A DNA stretch of 62,895 nucleotides, counting the filler, from Stramenopiles sp. TOSAG23-2 (taxonomy: Eukaryota), in assembly GCA_900128395.1 (NCBI GenBank). It is 6 parts of 6 records of this genome, joined end to end, with 100 filler letters (N's around TTAATTAATTAA, not from the genome) between each part and the next. Parts side by side here need not be neighbours in the genome. Positions count along the whole stretch, not along the records: positions 1 to 10,421 come from LT650016.1; positions 10,522 to 20,940 come from LT650017.1; 4 more parts are not named here. One strand, written 5' to 3'. The notes under the pieces were generated by a model. That model saw nothing but the letters and a program-made list of their open reading frames with translations. It did no database searches and had not been told where the DNA came from. Each line of letters opens with the position of its first letter. Position 1 is the stretch's first letter. Positions 1-11,159 of this stretch are shown one piece after another. The position numbers were made by a program, and so were the translations under genes.

Positions 1-623
1 CACAATTTGTTATAAATAATATATACAGACGACTATACTGATATATATATATAGTCTCAGAATGTAAATCGATCATCTAAATAACAAAATAATTATTAAT
101 AGACACATAATTATTATAATTGGATGGTGGTTGATGAAGGTATAATCCGCATCATCATGCATACTGTATTACTAAATTTAAATTGACCTTGCCTGGCTTG
201 CCCAGCTTGCCCGGCTTGGAGGGAGAGTATATTAAAATTATGGGGTAATATCACTGTGACCTTGGACTGTTTTGATAATATCATACTATAATTTCAATAA
301 TAATAAGCTTATTATTGTGCTATTATTATTATTATATAGGAAATGTACATACTATAATACGCAACAAGAGAAGATATTTTTAAATAAATTCAATAATAAT
401 AAACTAGGTGCCTATAGTTAGTATACACCTGGTATACTCTTCGGTATGTACATATTATAATATTATACATCTCTGTATATAGATAGAGAGTAAAAGCAAA
501 TCATATACATAATAATAAAATTCAATAACTAGATATACAGTAAAAATAGAAGAATACAATTATTGGTTCACATATACATCTTTCACCACGACTTAACATA
601 AATTACTATAAGAAATATTCACA

Positions 624-2084
624 ATGGCAGCTAAAACAACAACAACAACAGACAAAAAAGGAAATAGAACAAGTTTCTATGGAAGGTTAGGCGTTCAACA
701 AGATGCAGATTTGGAAACCATCAAACATGCATATCATGATATAGCGAAGAAAAATCACCCAGATAAACAAAAGCAAAACAATATGGCTAATATTACAGGC
801 GTTGGTGAAATTGATTTTTCATTGATAACCGAAGCGTATGAAGTTCTTCAAGATCCAGTCAAACGCAAAGAATATGACTTAGCAATTAAAGAAGAACCTA
901 TTTGGGGAGAAAGACCGGGGAAACTATCTGGCAAGCCAGTGGACATAAGTGTTGTCCTACGAATTAATTCATGGCATATTAAAGTTCTTGATGGCCACGA
1001 ACATTTGGAAACATCAATAGGCATCTTATTAAAATGGCACGATCCCCGATTAGCAAATTGGGGCAGAAAGAATGTCCCAAAAGATTTATGGAAACCAGAA
1101 TTTTTTTCAAAACCTCTTCAAGTTGATCCTGCGCGTAAAGACGAGCCACCAACTATATTTAATCGAAATGTGGATGATGGTTGGTTAATGTGGGAAGTAC
1201 CACTAAAGCTACTATTATGGAATCTAGATGATGAATTTCATCGTTTATTGAATTTTCCATTTGATTCGTTACGATTAGATGCTTTTTTTTGCCTATCCAA
1301 TGAGTTACGATTGGAAAATAGAAATGATATACGGATGCATTTTAACAATAAAGACAAAAATAATGAACCTTACAACATATTTATGGATCCAAGTCACGAA
1401 AGAGGGGAATTTGTTTTGGAGGGAATATCATATGGCCTTGGAGATCATGCATCTCCTAATATGAAAAATCAAGAGTATGATGATGTTGTTATTTCATTTC
1501 ATTTACGTAGAAATCCTACTTTTTATATATGCAAAGCTCAAGTTCCTACGATTGCAATTGTATTGGTGTCGCTTTTAACATTTGTATATGATGGCGCAGA
1601 TCTTGGTGACAGGATGGAGACTGTTATGGGAATGTTCCTTACAAGTTTTGCAATTCAATGGACAGTAATGGAAAGATTACCTCCTACTCCATACTTACAT
1701 AATATTGATATATCACTGAATTCCGCGCTATTTGCAATGTTTTTAATTGCTATACTACATTGTATTAGTTATCGCATATCAAAAACTTCTGAAAGTGCGT
1801 CTGCTACATTTGATCAAATTGCCTGTGCAGCAGTTATTATTATATATTGTGGGTTACAATTATTTATTTATGTTAGGCATAAAAGATTATCTAAACTAAC
1901 CGGGAATCGCTTATTTAAAGAAGGTGGAGCATTTTATAATAAAATGGTTAGATTGCGAAAAGGTTCTTTATGGTATCGTCCTCTAACCTATGAAACGACA
2001 CAGATAGCATCAGATGGGCAGTCTTTTACCGAAGCAGAAGAATTGGGAGTTGGAATTCCAAGGAATGGAGACAGTGATTTTTAG
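624..2084 (+). CDS. DnaJ (J-domain) fused to a Cys-less (Pro-loop) pentameric ligand-gated ion channel subunit
   Basis: N-terminal J-domain: FYGRLGV...IKHAYHDIAKKNHPDK...ITEAYEVLQDPVKRKEYD. pLGIC motifs follow: WHDPRL, LWKPE, LLNFPFD (Pro-loop, no Cys pair), LRRNP pre-M1, M2 GDRMETVMGMFLT, M2-M3 LPPTPYL, and four hydrophobic helices. Confidence 0.85.
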   Translation: MAAKTTTTTDKKGNRTSFYGRLGVQQDADLETIKHAYHDIAKKNHPDKQKQNNMANITGVGEIDFSLITEAYEVLQDPVKRKEYDLAIKEEPIWGERPGKLSGKPVDISVVLRINSWHIKVLDGHEHLETSIGILLKWHDPRLANWGRKNVPKDLWKPEFFSKPLQVDPARKDEPPTIFNRNVDDGWLMWEVPLKLLLWNLDDEFHRLLNFPFDSLRLDAFFCLSNELRLENRNDIRMHFNNKDKNNEPYNIFMDPSHERGEFVLEGISYGLGDHASPNMKNQEYDDVVISFHLRRNPTFYICKAQVPTIAIVLVSLLTFVYDGADLGDRMETVMGMFLTSFAIQWTVMERLPPTPYLHNIDISLNSALFAMFLIAILHCISYRISKTSESASATFDQIACAAVIIIYCGLQLFIYVRHKRLSKLTGNRLFKEGGAFYNKMVRLRKGSLWYRPLTYETTQIASDGQSFTEAEELGVGIPRNGDSDF

Positions 2085-2692
2085 ATTTACCCACATAGAA
2101 ATTTATTTTATTATTTCATTAATAATTAATATTTGTATTCTCTGGTTTTACTGGTGGCGGCATTCCACTGCACTGGCATTCCCTTATAAATAGAGAGGAT
2201 CCTCTCTACATTCCTTGCATTCCAGGCATTCCAGCATTCAATACCCGCCGTCATGCCGTCATCCATCATCGATTGTGCACGATACTATACCGGTAATACA
2301 TCGAAAAACACCGAAAAACACAATAACAAAACTGGAAAATAAAAAAAACCCGCACACAACAAGCACCAGAGACAACAAAGAGGACTATACACCCCACCGA
2401 GAAAAAAAGAAGATTTACAATGCCAATAATTCTAATAATGTATATAATAATATTATTTTTTTTAACCTATAACTGTGGCTATAACCAGCTAAACCCACCA
2501 CATTTATATAAGCTAATAATAATAATGTAAAATAAATGCACTATGAGAAATAATTAATAATTTTCAAAATATTAAAGATATGCAAAGATTCAATATAAAT
2601 TAAAATGCAAATACTATATAATACATGTATATATATATATATAGGATTTACGAGAAAAAGCAATACAATACACATAAAGCAAAACAACAGAT

Positions 2693-4552
2693 ATGGAAAA
2701 ACAATACGATACAATACGTGTTGGTGTATTGGGTGGTGGACAATTAGGTCGAATGATGGCTATTGCAGGGCATAATATTAATGTGGAGGTAATACCACTC
2801 GATCCAAAAGGTCTTGCATCACCAGCTGGCCAAGTAGCAAGTAGTTGTGTGCAAGGCTCGTTTAAAGACCAAGAGAAAATTAAAATATTAGCAGAGAAGA
2901 TGTACCAACCTGGGGATGAAAGTAAACGCATTAAACGTGTTATGACAGTTGAAATTGAACACGTAAACTGTGATGCTATGGATGCAATACAAAGTTCGGA
3001 AAATATACCAATTTATCCAAGTCCTGCAACTGTTCGTTTGATTCAAGATAAATATGTACAAAAGGATCATATGAGGAAATCAACATTGAATATACCAACA
3101 AGTGATTTTCAAGTAATTAATAATGTCGAAGATGGTAAAAGTTTTGGTACTACATATGGATATCCATTTATGTTAAAAGCAAGAACAGATGCATATGATG
3201 GAAAAGGTAATTATGTCGTGAAAAATGAACAAGATGTTGAAAATGGTATAAATGATTTATCTCCTGCAACTTTATATGCAGAATCATGGTGTGATTTTGA
3301 TCGTGAAATCGCTGTGATGGTATTGCGTGGTAGAGATGATGCATTAGATACAATTGTAGTAAATTCAGAAAGTGGAGAAAATAGTGGATTGATTGCTGCA
3401 TATCCAGTCGTTGAATTTTCTGCAAAAGATTCTATTTGTCGTACCACTTTATGTCCAGCACAAATATCGAAGGAAACGGAGAAAAAAGCAATTGAAACTG
3501 CTATGAATGTAGTTCGCGCATTACCAAAAGGTGCTGTTGGTGTTTTTGGCGTTGAATTGTTTGCAATGAAAGACGGTAGTGTTTTATATAACGAAGTTGC
3601 ACCACGTCCACATAATTCTGGACATTATACGATTGAAGCATGTCAATGTAGCCAATTTGAAGCTCATTTAAGAGCAGTGACCGGTTTGCCATTTCCGAAA
3701 GATTTATCACAACGTGTTGGTGTATCAATAATGGTTAATACAGTAGGTTTAAAGTCTGAAGAATACTTTTCACGTTTAATCGATATTGAAGGTGCTGCAG
3801 GTCATTGGTATGGTAAAGATGCTTTACGCCTTGGAAGGAAAATGGGACATGTAACTATTTGCAATTCAACTATATCGAAATTAAACGAGTGTCTATTACC
3901 TGTTAAAGATATTTTAGATGAATCAAATGGTTTTCCAATATCAAAAGATGGACCACCAATTGGAATTATTATGGGTTCGGATTCAGATTTACCTACGATG
4001 AAAGCAGCGTCTGAAATTTTGAATTTTTTAAAAGTTCCACATGAAGTTACCGTAGTTTCCGCACATCGTACACCAAGACGCATGTATGAATACGCAGAGA
4101 GTGCACGTTCACGTGGTATTAAAGTCATCATAGCAGGTGCTGGAGGGGCAGCACATTTACCTGGCATGGTTGCTGCATTAACAACTTTGCCAGTTATTGG
4201 CGTACCAGTAAAAACTAGCACGTTAAATGGTATAGATAGTTTACTTAGCATTGTACAAATGCCACGTGGTATACCAGTTGCTACTGTAGCTATTGGAAAT
4301 TCTAAAAATGCTGGATTATTAGCAGCTAGAATGCTTGGTGCAATGGATGAAGATTTAGCAAATCGTATACAAAAATATCAAGAAGAATCTGCAGTGGAAG
4401 TCAAAGCAAAAGCAAGTAAATTAGAAGAAGTTGCAATGGATGAAGATTTAGCAAATCGTATACAAAAATAACAAGAAGAATCTGCAGTGGAAGTCAAAGC
4501 AAAAGCAAGTAAATTAGAAGAAGTAGGTCCGTTTGAATATTCGTGGCCTTGA
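2693..4552 (+). CDS. ADE2: Phosphoribosylaminoimidazole carboxylase, PurK-PurE fusion (ADE2-type)
   Basis: PurK ATP-grasp motifs [18 protein letters not shown] and [12 protein letters not shown]. PurE motifs [27 protein letters not shown] and [14 protein letters not shown]. The track ORF stops at 4471 inside a 93-bp duplication (4339-4431/4432-4524); removing one copy gives the C-terminus ...[11 protein letters not shown] with TGA at 4550-4552. Confidence 0.93.
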
Positions 4553-5056
4553 AAAAATATTTGATTAATTTAAATAATAAATTTTTTTGATATGCATACA
4601 TTGAGAAACAATTACGCGTGATCTCTACGTATTATTATCATACCACCCAACATGTATTATACGTCGTAAAAAAATGAAGGTGTCCCCTAATTTTGTGTAT
4701 CAGTGCCTATTTTATATTAGTAGTACATGATATATTTAATGCCTATTTAATACGTATCATAAAAAAATTTAAATATTAATGTGATGTGTGTGTTGTAAAA
4801 AAAGCTTCTTAAAAGGAGACTCTCTATAAAAATATATATGCATACTTTTCGTATATTTTTAAAATAATAAAATTTAAAAAAATATACGAAGCGTTCGTAT
4901 ATACGTATATATATTATCATAAATGTATTACACAACATGCATGTGTACACAATTTTATTCCCACTCTATAGTTGCAGGTGGTTTTGAGCTAACATCATAA
5001 CATACCCTATTAATGCCTTTTACTTCATTTATAATACGAGTTGATTGTACACAATT

Positions 5057-6273
5057 TTATTCCCACTCTATAGTTGCAGGTGGTTTTGAGCTAACATCAT
5101 AACATACCCTATTAATGCCTTTTACTTCATTTATAATACGAGTTGATACTTTTCCCAATACTTCATATGGCATATGATACCAATCTGCTGTCATAAAATC
5201 AGATGTCTGTACAGCACGTAAAGCAATTACTTTTTCATAGGTACGCCCATCACCCATCACACCAACAGATTTACAAGGCAATAAAACAGCAAATGCTTGA
5301 CCAATATCTTGATATATACCTGCTTTTCGGATCTCTTCTATAAAAATACTATCTGCTGCTTTTAACATTTCCAACCCTTCTCGTTGTACATCACCTAACA
5401 TACGAATGGCAAGACCAGGTCCAGGAAATGGGTGCCTCCATATACTATTTGGCTCAATGCCAATTTCCAAACCTAATGCACGTACTTCATCTTTGAAAAA
5501 TAAACGCAATGGCTCAATTAATTCCATATCCATTCGCTCTGGCAAACCACCAACATTATGATGTGTTTTAATAGTTGCAGAAGGACCTTTGTAAGATACA
5601 GATTCAATCACATCAGGATACAACGTACCTTGTAATAAAAATTTTGCATTATCAATTTTTTTCGCTTCTGCTTCGAATACTTCAATGAATGTATGGCCAA
5701 TAATTTTTCGTTTTTTCTCTGGTTCTGATACACCTTTCAATTTATTTAAAAATAAATCTACAGCATTTACACAACGTACATTGACACCACATTTATTATT
5801 TAAACGATTTAATACTTCCTCCGCTTCATCTTTACGTAATAATCCGTTGTCGACTAATATAGCATGGAAGCGATGTCCAATAGCTTTAGTCATTAATACA
5901 GCAGCGACGGTACTATCAACACCACCACTTACTGCACCAATTACAACACCATCTTCTCCAACTTGTTTTTTTATATTATCCATCATCTGTTGAACAAGAT
6001 TTGTCATCGTCCATTTTGTTTCACACCCACAAATATTTACTACAAAGTTACGTAATAATGTTTTGCCTTTAGGCGTATGTGTAACTTCTGGATGGAATTG
6101 TATACCATATTGTTTTTTTTCCACATTTGCAATTGCTGCATATGGTGAGTTGCCACTGCTACCTATTACTTTAAATCCAGTTGGTAAATTTTTCACTTTA
6201 TCACCATGACTCATCCATACTTGAAATTCATTTCCTAAGCCTTCCAACAATTTATTATTGCTATTATTATTGC

Positions 6274-6306
<33 letters not shown>

Positions 6307-6727
6307 CACCATTAATTGTTTGAACATTTGCAAATCCATATTCGCGTTTATCACTAGCTGCAACTTCACCCCCAGCACTGTATGCAATTTGTTGTAAACC
6401 ATAACAAATACCCAATAATGGGATCTTGTTATTGCTTAGAAATGTAAATATTTCGTTTGCAGGATGTGGTGCACCTTCTTCATAAACGGAATGTGGACCA
6501 CCAGAAAATATAATACCTTTTAAACGTGAACCAAACTGTTTCAAGTATTTTACATCAACAAGGCAACTTTGTAATTCACAATATACATTTGCTTCACGAA
6601 TTCTCCTAGCAATCAAATGAGAATATTGACTACCAAAATCCAAAATGATAATAGTATCATGAGTAGAAGCTACTTGTGCCTCATCTAATGCAAATGAATT
6701 TGCTTCCGATATTGCGTTTGCTGCCAT
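5057..6727 (-). CDS. GUA1: GMP synthase (glutamine-hydrolysing)
   Basis: ILDFGSQY, LGICYGLQ (catalytic Cys), WMSHGD, QFHPEV, SGGVDS, QGTLYPDVIES, IKTHHNVGGLP and the terminal KPPATIEWE. Confidence 0.97.
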
Positions 6728-7587
6728 TTTTGCGTAAAACTTTTGTTTTAAATTTATTATTATACTTATTATTTGTTATATAATTATTTACCAACTACTA
6801 ATATTTTCAAAATGTATAATGGAATGAATTTTTGTTGTATTGATTAAGTGATAATATATATGTAATTATATATATATACAGGATAATAATGTAGGTATTA
6901 TAATATTATCCTTTCTCGACATACATTCATACATAGTATTATGTATTCCATATATTATATAAGATTATTAAAATAGATATGAATAGTGCAATAATTAATA
7001 ATGAAAGGTGCAAAGAAGCCAGCTGGCCAGCCAGCCGAAGAAAGCAAACCAGCAAGCCTTACCAGGGCAAGCCAGCAAATAGGCACCATAATATCTTACC
7101 TGGTGGTACAGTATCGATAGTATTAGGTAGGGCCAATACAATGGTAAATGAATTCAATACTAATAGTCCTGAGTGAGTTCTGGGAGTTGTCTATTTCAAC
7201 AATTTGTTAAAATATAGTATGACATATGTGCATATGTAGTATTTTCCCATTGTCCTTATAGTTATAAATTGTTGATTTTTTCACGATGATACACAAGCGT
7301 GTAAATTCCTATTGTCCTTATTTATTATAAATTTTAAGAAGTTGCGTGGTTGTGGGAGGGACTAAAATTAACACACAGGACTATGGCATCCCACCGGGCT
7401 TTAATTCAATAAAATATATAATAATTATACTTTTTTTTAGGTAAATTTTATTTAAATGAAAAATAATAATTTAAATTATTCTTGGCACTGCACTATGATA
7501 TTAAAAAAAAAAAGAGAGAAAGACATATACTTTGCCTACTACACCACAACATTATCACTGGAAGAGGAAGGATGTGTGTTTAAAATT

Positions 7588-8052
7588 ATGTCTAAGATAT
7601 CAGCATTGACGAAACAATTTTGGACGTGTACAAATACACGAACCAGGGCAACAATTAATACATTACGGTGTTTAGCTGGTTGTAGTATTGGTGATTATTC
7701 ATGTCTCATTTATTTACAATCACAATATCCAACATTGCCACTTACCATTTCCGTGCCAGCTGCTTGTGTTTCAGGCATTAGTACATCATTGTTATTAGAA
7801 ACCATATTATTAAATCGAGGAAAAGATAAATTACCATTAACTAAATCATTTACTATGGCATTAAATATGTCCTTTATATCAATGCTATCTATGGAACTTG
7901 CGGAGAATGCATGTGAAATTGTTCTTACCGGTGGGGATTTTTCAAATCCGGTTGCGTATCTAGCTTTAATACCTTCCACTATAGCTGGATTTGTTGCTGC
8001 ATATCCATATAATTATTATCAATTGCGTAAGTATGGTCGTTCATGTCATTGA
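7588..8052 (+). CDS. DUF4396-like small membrane protein
   Basis: NTLRCLAGCSIGD, SMLSMELAEN and AGFVAAYPYNYYQLRKYGRSCH match the pattern I recall for DUF4396. The likely start is the ATG at 7588, because the upstream part of the track ORF is AT-rich and non-coding-like. Confidence 0.7.
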   Translation: MSKISALTKQFWTCTNTRTRATINTLRCLAGCSIGDYSCLIYLQSQYPTLPLTISVPAACVSGISTSLLLETILLNRGKDKLPLTKSFTMALNMSFISMLSMELAENACEIVLTGGDFSNPVAYLALIPSTIAGFVAAYPYNYYQLRKYGRSCH

Positions 8053-8393
8053 TATATATATATATATATATACTTTGTTGTATTATCGCTTAAAAAATGT
8101 AAATCAAAAATAAAAACAATACTCTTTCTTTTTTAATTTTTTTACGAAGCGTACGTAATATAGATACAACACACACTAGATAAAGAGAAAAACCACCCCA
8201 TATCTTATATGATATCTTATATGATACTTCGTCTTCGTATCTCCTGAAGAATATTTGCTAAATACTCAAAAATCTAAGAGAAAAGAATTTTTAATTCTCT
8301 ATTAACATGTATATTATATATATATATATAGAGAGAGAGCTTCGTATTATATAATATATTATATGTGTGTATACTAATATTATATGCACATCA

Positions 8394-9957
8394 TTAATCA
8401 TTTTTATGACTGTAAATATATTCAATGATCCAATTTTCCATCATAGTTCGTTCAGTTTCACGCACTTCAGTCACTCCTGGTGGATCAGCATCATTTGGTG
8501 CTCTCAAATCCAAATGATGCGCGCCTTTTTCCATAATCAATACAATATTGTCATCATTTATTTCTTTTAAAAAACCACCGCCATGCCATGGATCCAATAA
8601 TCCATTGGAAAAGATTAAATTTGTTGCACCAGTTAAACCATCACCAATTGCATAACCCCCAAAATGTAATTCCGTCCATGTCGGTCTTGGTTGAACATTG
8701 TAATACTTTTCACACGTATTATCTGCATTTGTCATATCAAATTGAAAGTTGCGAAGACCTCTTGCAGAAAATTGATGTAATGTTTCAGTACATGATTGAT
8801 ATGACCATGATCCCCATGAAGCTGGGCCAGGCCCACCTCCAGGCTATATGAAATATAGAATGATGTGTTAGAAAGTATTTGCGATTACGTATTCTTTGTA
8901 TTCAATATAAACTACTTACAATACCACCTTGGCCTTCTCCTGAAACACAATTTGTACCTTGGCGTGAATAATAAAAATCGGAAATATGTGCTGCTGCAGA
9001 TAATAAAGAAGAACTATTGTTAGCATCCATTAATTTACACGTTGCATTTACTGGCCATGCTGGCATCGTTCCTATTGCATATGGATAATTCATTTGTGGT
9101 ATAGTTTCAATAGCATCTGTAAACCAATCCACTAATGGTTGTGCATCATTTAAAACATCACATAAATGAAACATATCGGCTAATTCTTTACGTCCACTAG
9201 CAGTTGAACCTTTTTCACTTAATAATACAACAGTTTCTTTTAAATGGTTTAAACATTCTGGATGAGCTTCATCATATACTTTATTGACAATATCAATCCA
9301 AGTATATTCATTTACATTATGATCTTTCCATCCAGAATTCGAATAATAACCAATTGGTGCGGATGCGGCAAGTCCACCAATTACAATTTGTGGGTATTTA
9401 ACTCGAAAATATGTTGTCAGTGTTGCACCATATGAACCACCAAAACTGATTATTGGGCATTCCACTGCTTGTGTTCCTAAAATATTATTCTTTAACTCGG
9501 TCAATAAATATGCATAATCTGCCAATGCTTGTTCTGTCGATAAATATACTGCATTTTCTGGGGTCAACGATTCATTTCCAAAAGGCATCGATTCCCCATA
9601 ATATCGATGTTCACCAAAGACTAACAAACCATTCCACTCCTTTGCTAATGTTTGCATAAAACCATTACTATTCCAAAATGCATCAATTGGTCCTTCATTT
9701 CCACTGTAAAAGAGAATAGGACCAGGGCAATCTCCGGGTAAATTCTTAAAATAGGTTGATGTTGCGTTTGTCCAGTATTTATCGTTCATCAAATACCTTT
9801 GTTTATATGTTGCATTATTATTAAATTTAAAATGATCCAATTGTTGTTCTATCCAAAAGGTGTCATATGTTGGTCTTTTAAAATCAGTTGCTGCATGAAT
9901 AGATATAAATATTAAATTGAATATTATTGTTATAATTGGAATAAACGTAGATTTCAT
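8394..9957 (-). CDS. Peptidase S28 (lysosomal Pro-X carboxypeptidase/DPP7-like), two exons
   Basis: Signal peptide, QQLDHF, EHRYYGES, QALADYA, GGSYG nucleophile elbow, ASAPI. A phase-0 intron at 8844-8919 (GTAAGT...CTAAC...TAG) joins to exon 2, which has WSYQSCTE, FSNGLLDPW and AHHLDL. About 495 aa. Confidence 0.92.
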
Positions 9958-10421
9958 GATTATTATGTTTATTACACGTATTATTATTCCAGAGAGGTAA
10001 TTGTGTATATCTACTTTTTTTTATATATTTATTGGTAATTGTATTGATATGCGTATATATATATATGTGTTTAAAAAAATACGTATATATTTTAGTTGTG
10101 CACTTGTTTGTATTTGACTATTTGCCAGTTTTGTATTATTTATTATATTATTATATACCTGTATATAGTGCTATAGTACTTGGTATTATTATTCGAATAC
10201 TACTATATATAGTATGGAATATACAGGTATAAATATTTCTACAAGTATTAATAAGTACTTTGTATACCACATACTAGTATCTTTTTTTATTTAGTGAAAA
10301 AGAAAAGTGCCATGCAAAAAAATGAAAAAAAAAAATATTTTAAGGAGAGGAGAGCATGAGATATTATTGCTATTCCATTTTGAAGCAAGACATTGAGTGT
10401 TGAAGATTTGACCTTAAAAAC

Positions 10422-10521
10422 NNNNNNNNNNNNNNNNNNNNNNNNNNNNNNNNNNNNNNNNNNNNTTAATTAATTAANNNNNNNNNNNNNNNNNNNNNNN
10501 NNNNNNNNNNNNNNNNNNNNN
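10422..10521. other. Artificial contig spacer (44N-TTAATTAATTAA-44N)
   Basis: 100-bp linker with stop codons in all six frames; five identical copies in the window. Confidence 0.98.
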
Positions 10522-11159
10522 CTGTGTTATTTAACAAATACGAAAAATCAAATGTATATCTTAAATATTTTTACAAATAATGATGTTCTCTTTCAACAAT
10601 GCTAGTTTTGTTTTTGGCAGTGCATTTGATAACACAACAATTGTTATATTTTCATACAGTATCTCCGAGGTACAGGAAGGGATCTCCTGGATCTCTCATT
10701 TCATAAATATAAATACATCTTTATATATTTCTATCTCTATATTCTTCCACCACCGCCGGTGTATGCCTGGTATGTATTTTGCCATTATTCTCAAAAATCA
10801 TGCCGAAAAAACCTTATAGCGGACCAAAAATACCTCGCGCACACACCTATTTCATTTTATTAAATTTTTTATGCACATAAAATAAAACGGTACACTATTG
10901 TATTTTTTAATGTAAAAATGAAATCACATAAATATTATATATAGGAATTTATACTTATTAATATACCATAATAAATCGAAATAAAAATTTTGCGCGAGGC
11001 ATGCATATCTTTTATATATATTTATTACCAGGTACAATATAATTTCAATAATATATTAGAAACTTTACGGGAACCCAGGGGAACACAAGTATACATACGT
11101 TTCCACATATAAATATACAGATTATTATTATTATTACTATTTAAGCTGAAAAGTACAAG

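Noticed and set aside
4469-4471. In-frame TAA in ADE2 as stop-codon readthrough or an alternative genetic code
   Set aside because: It lies in the second copy of a 93-bp duplication whose first copy has TAT. TAA, TAG and TGA all end conserved genes normally elsewhere in the window.
6255-6306. (AAT)n/poly-Asn tracts inside many genes
   Set aside because: A genome-wide low-complexity trait of AT-rich protists, not locus-specific.
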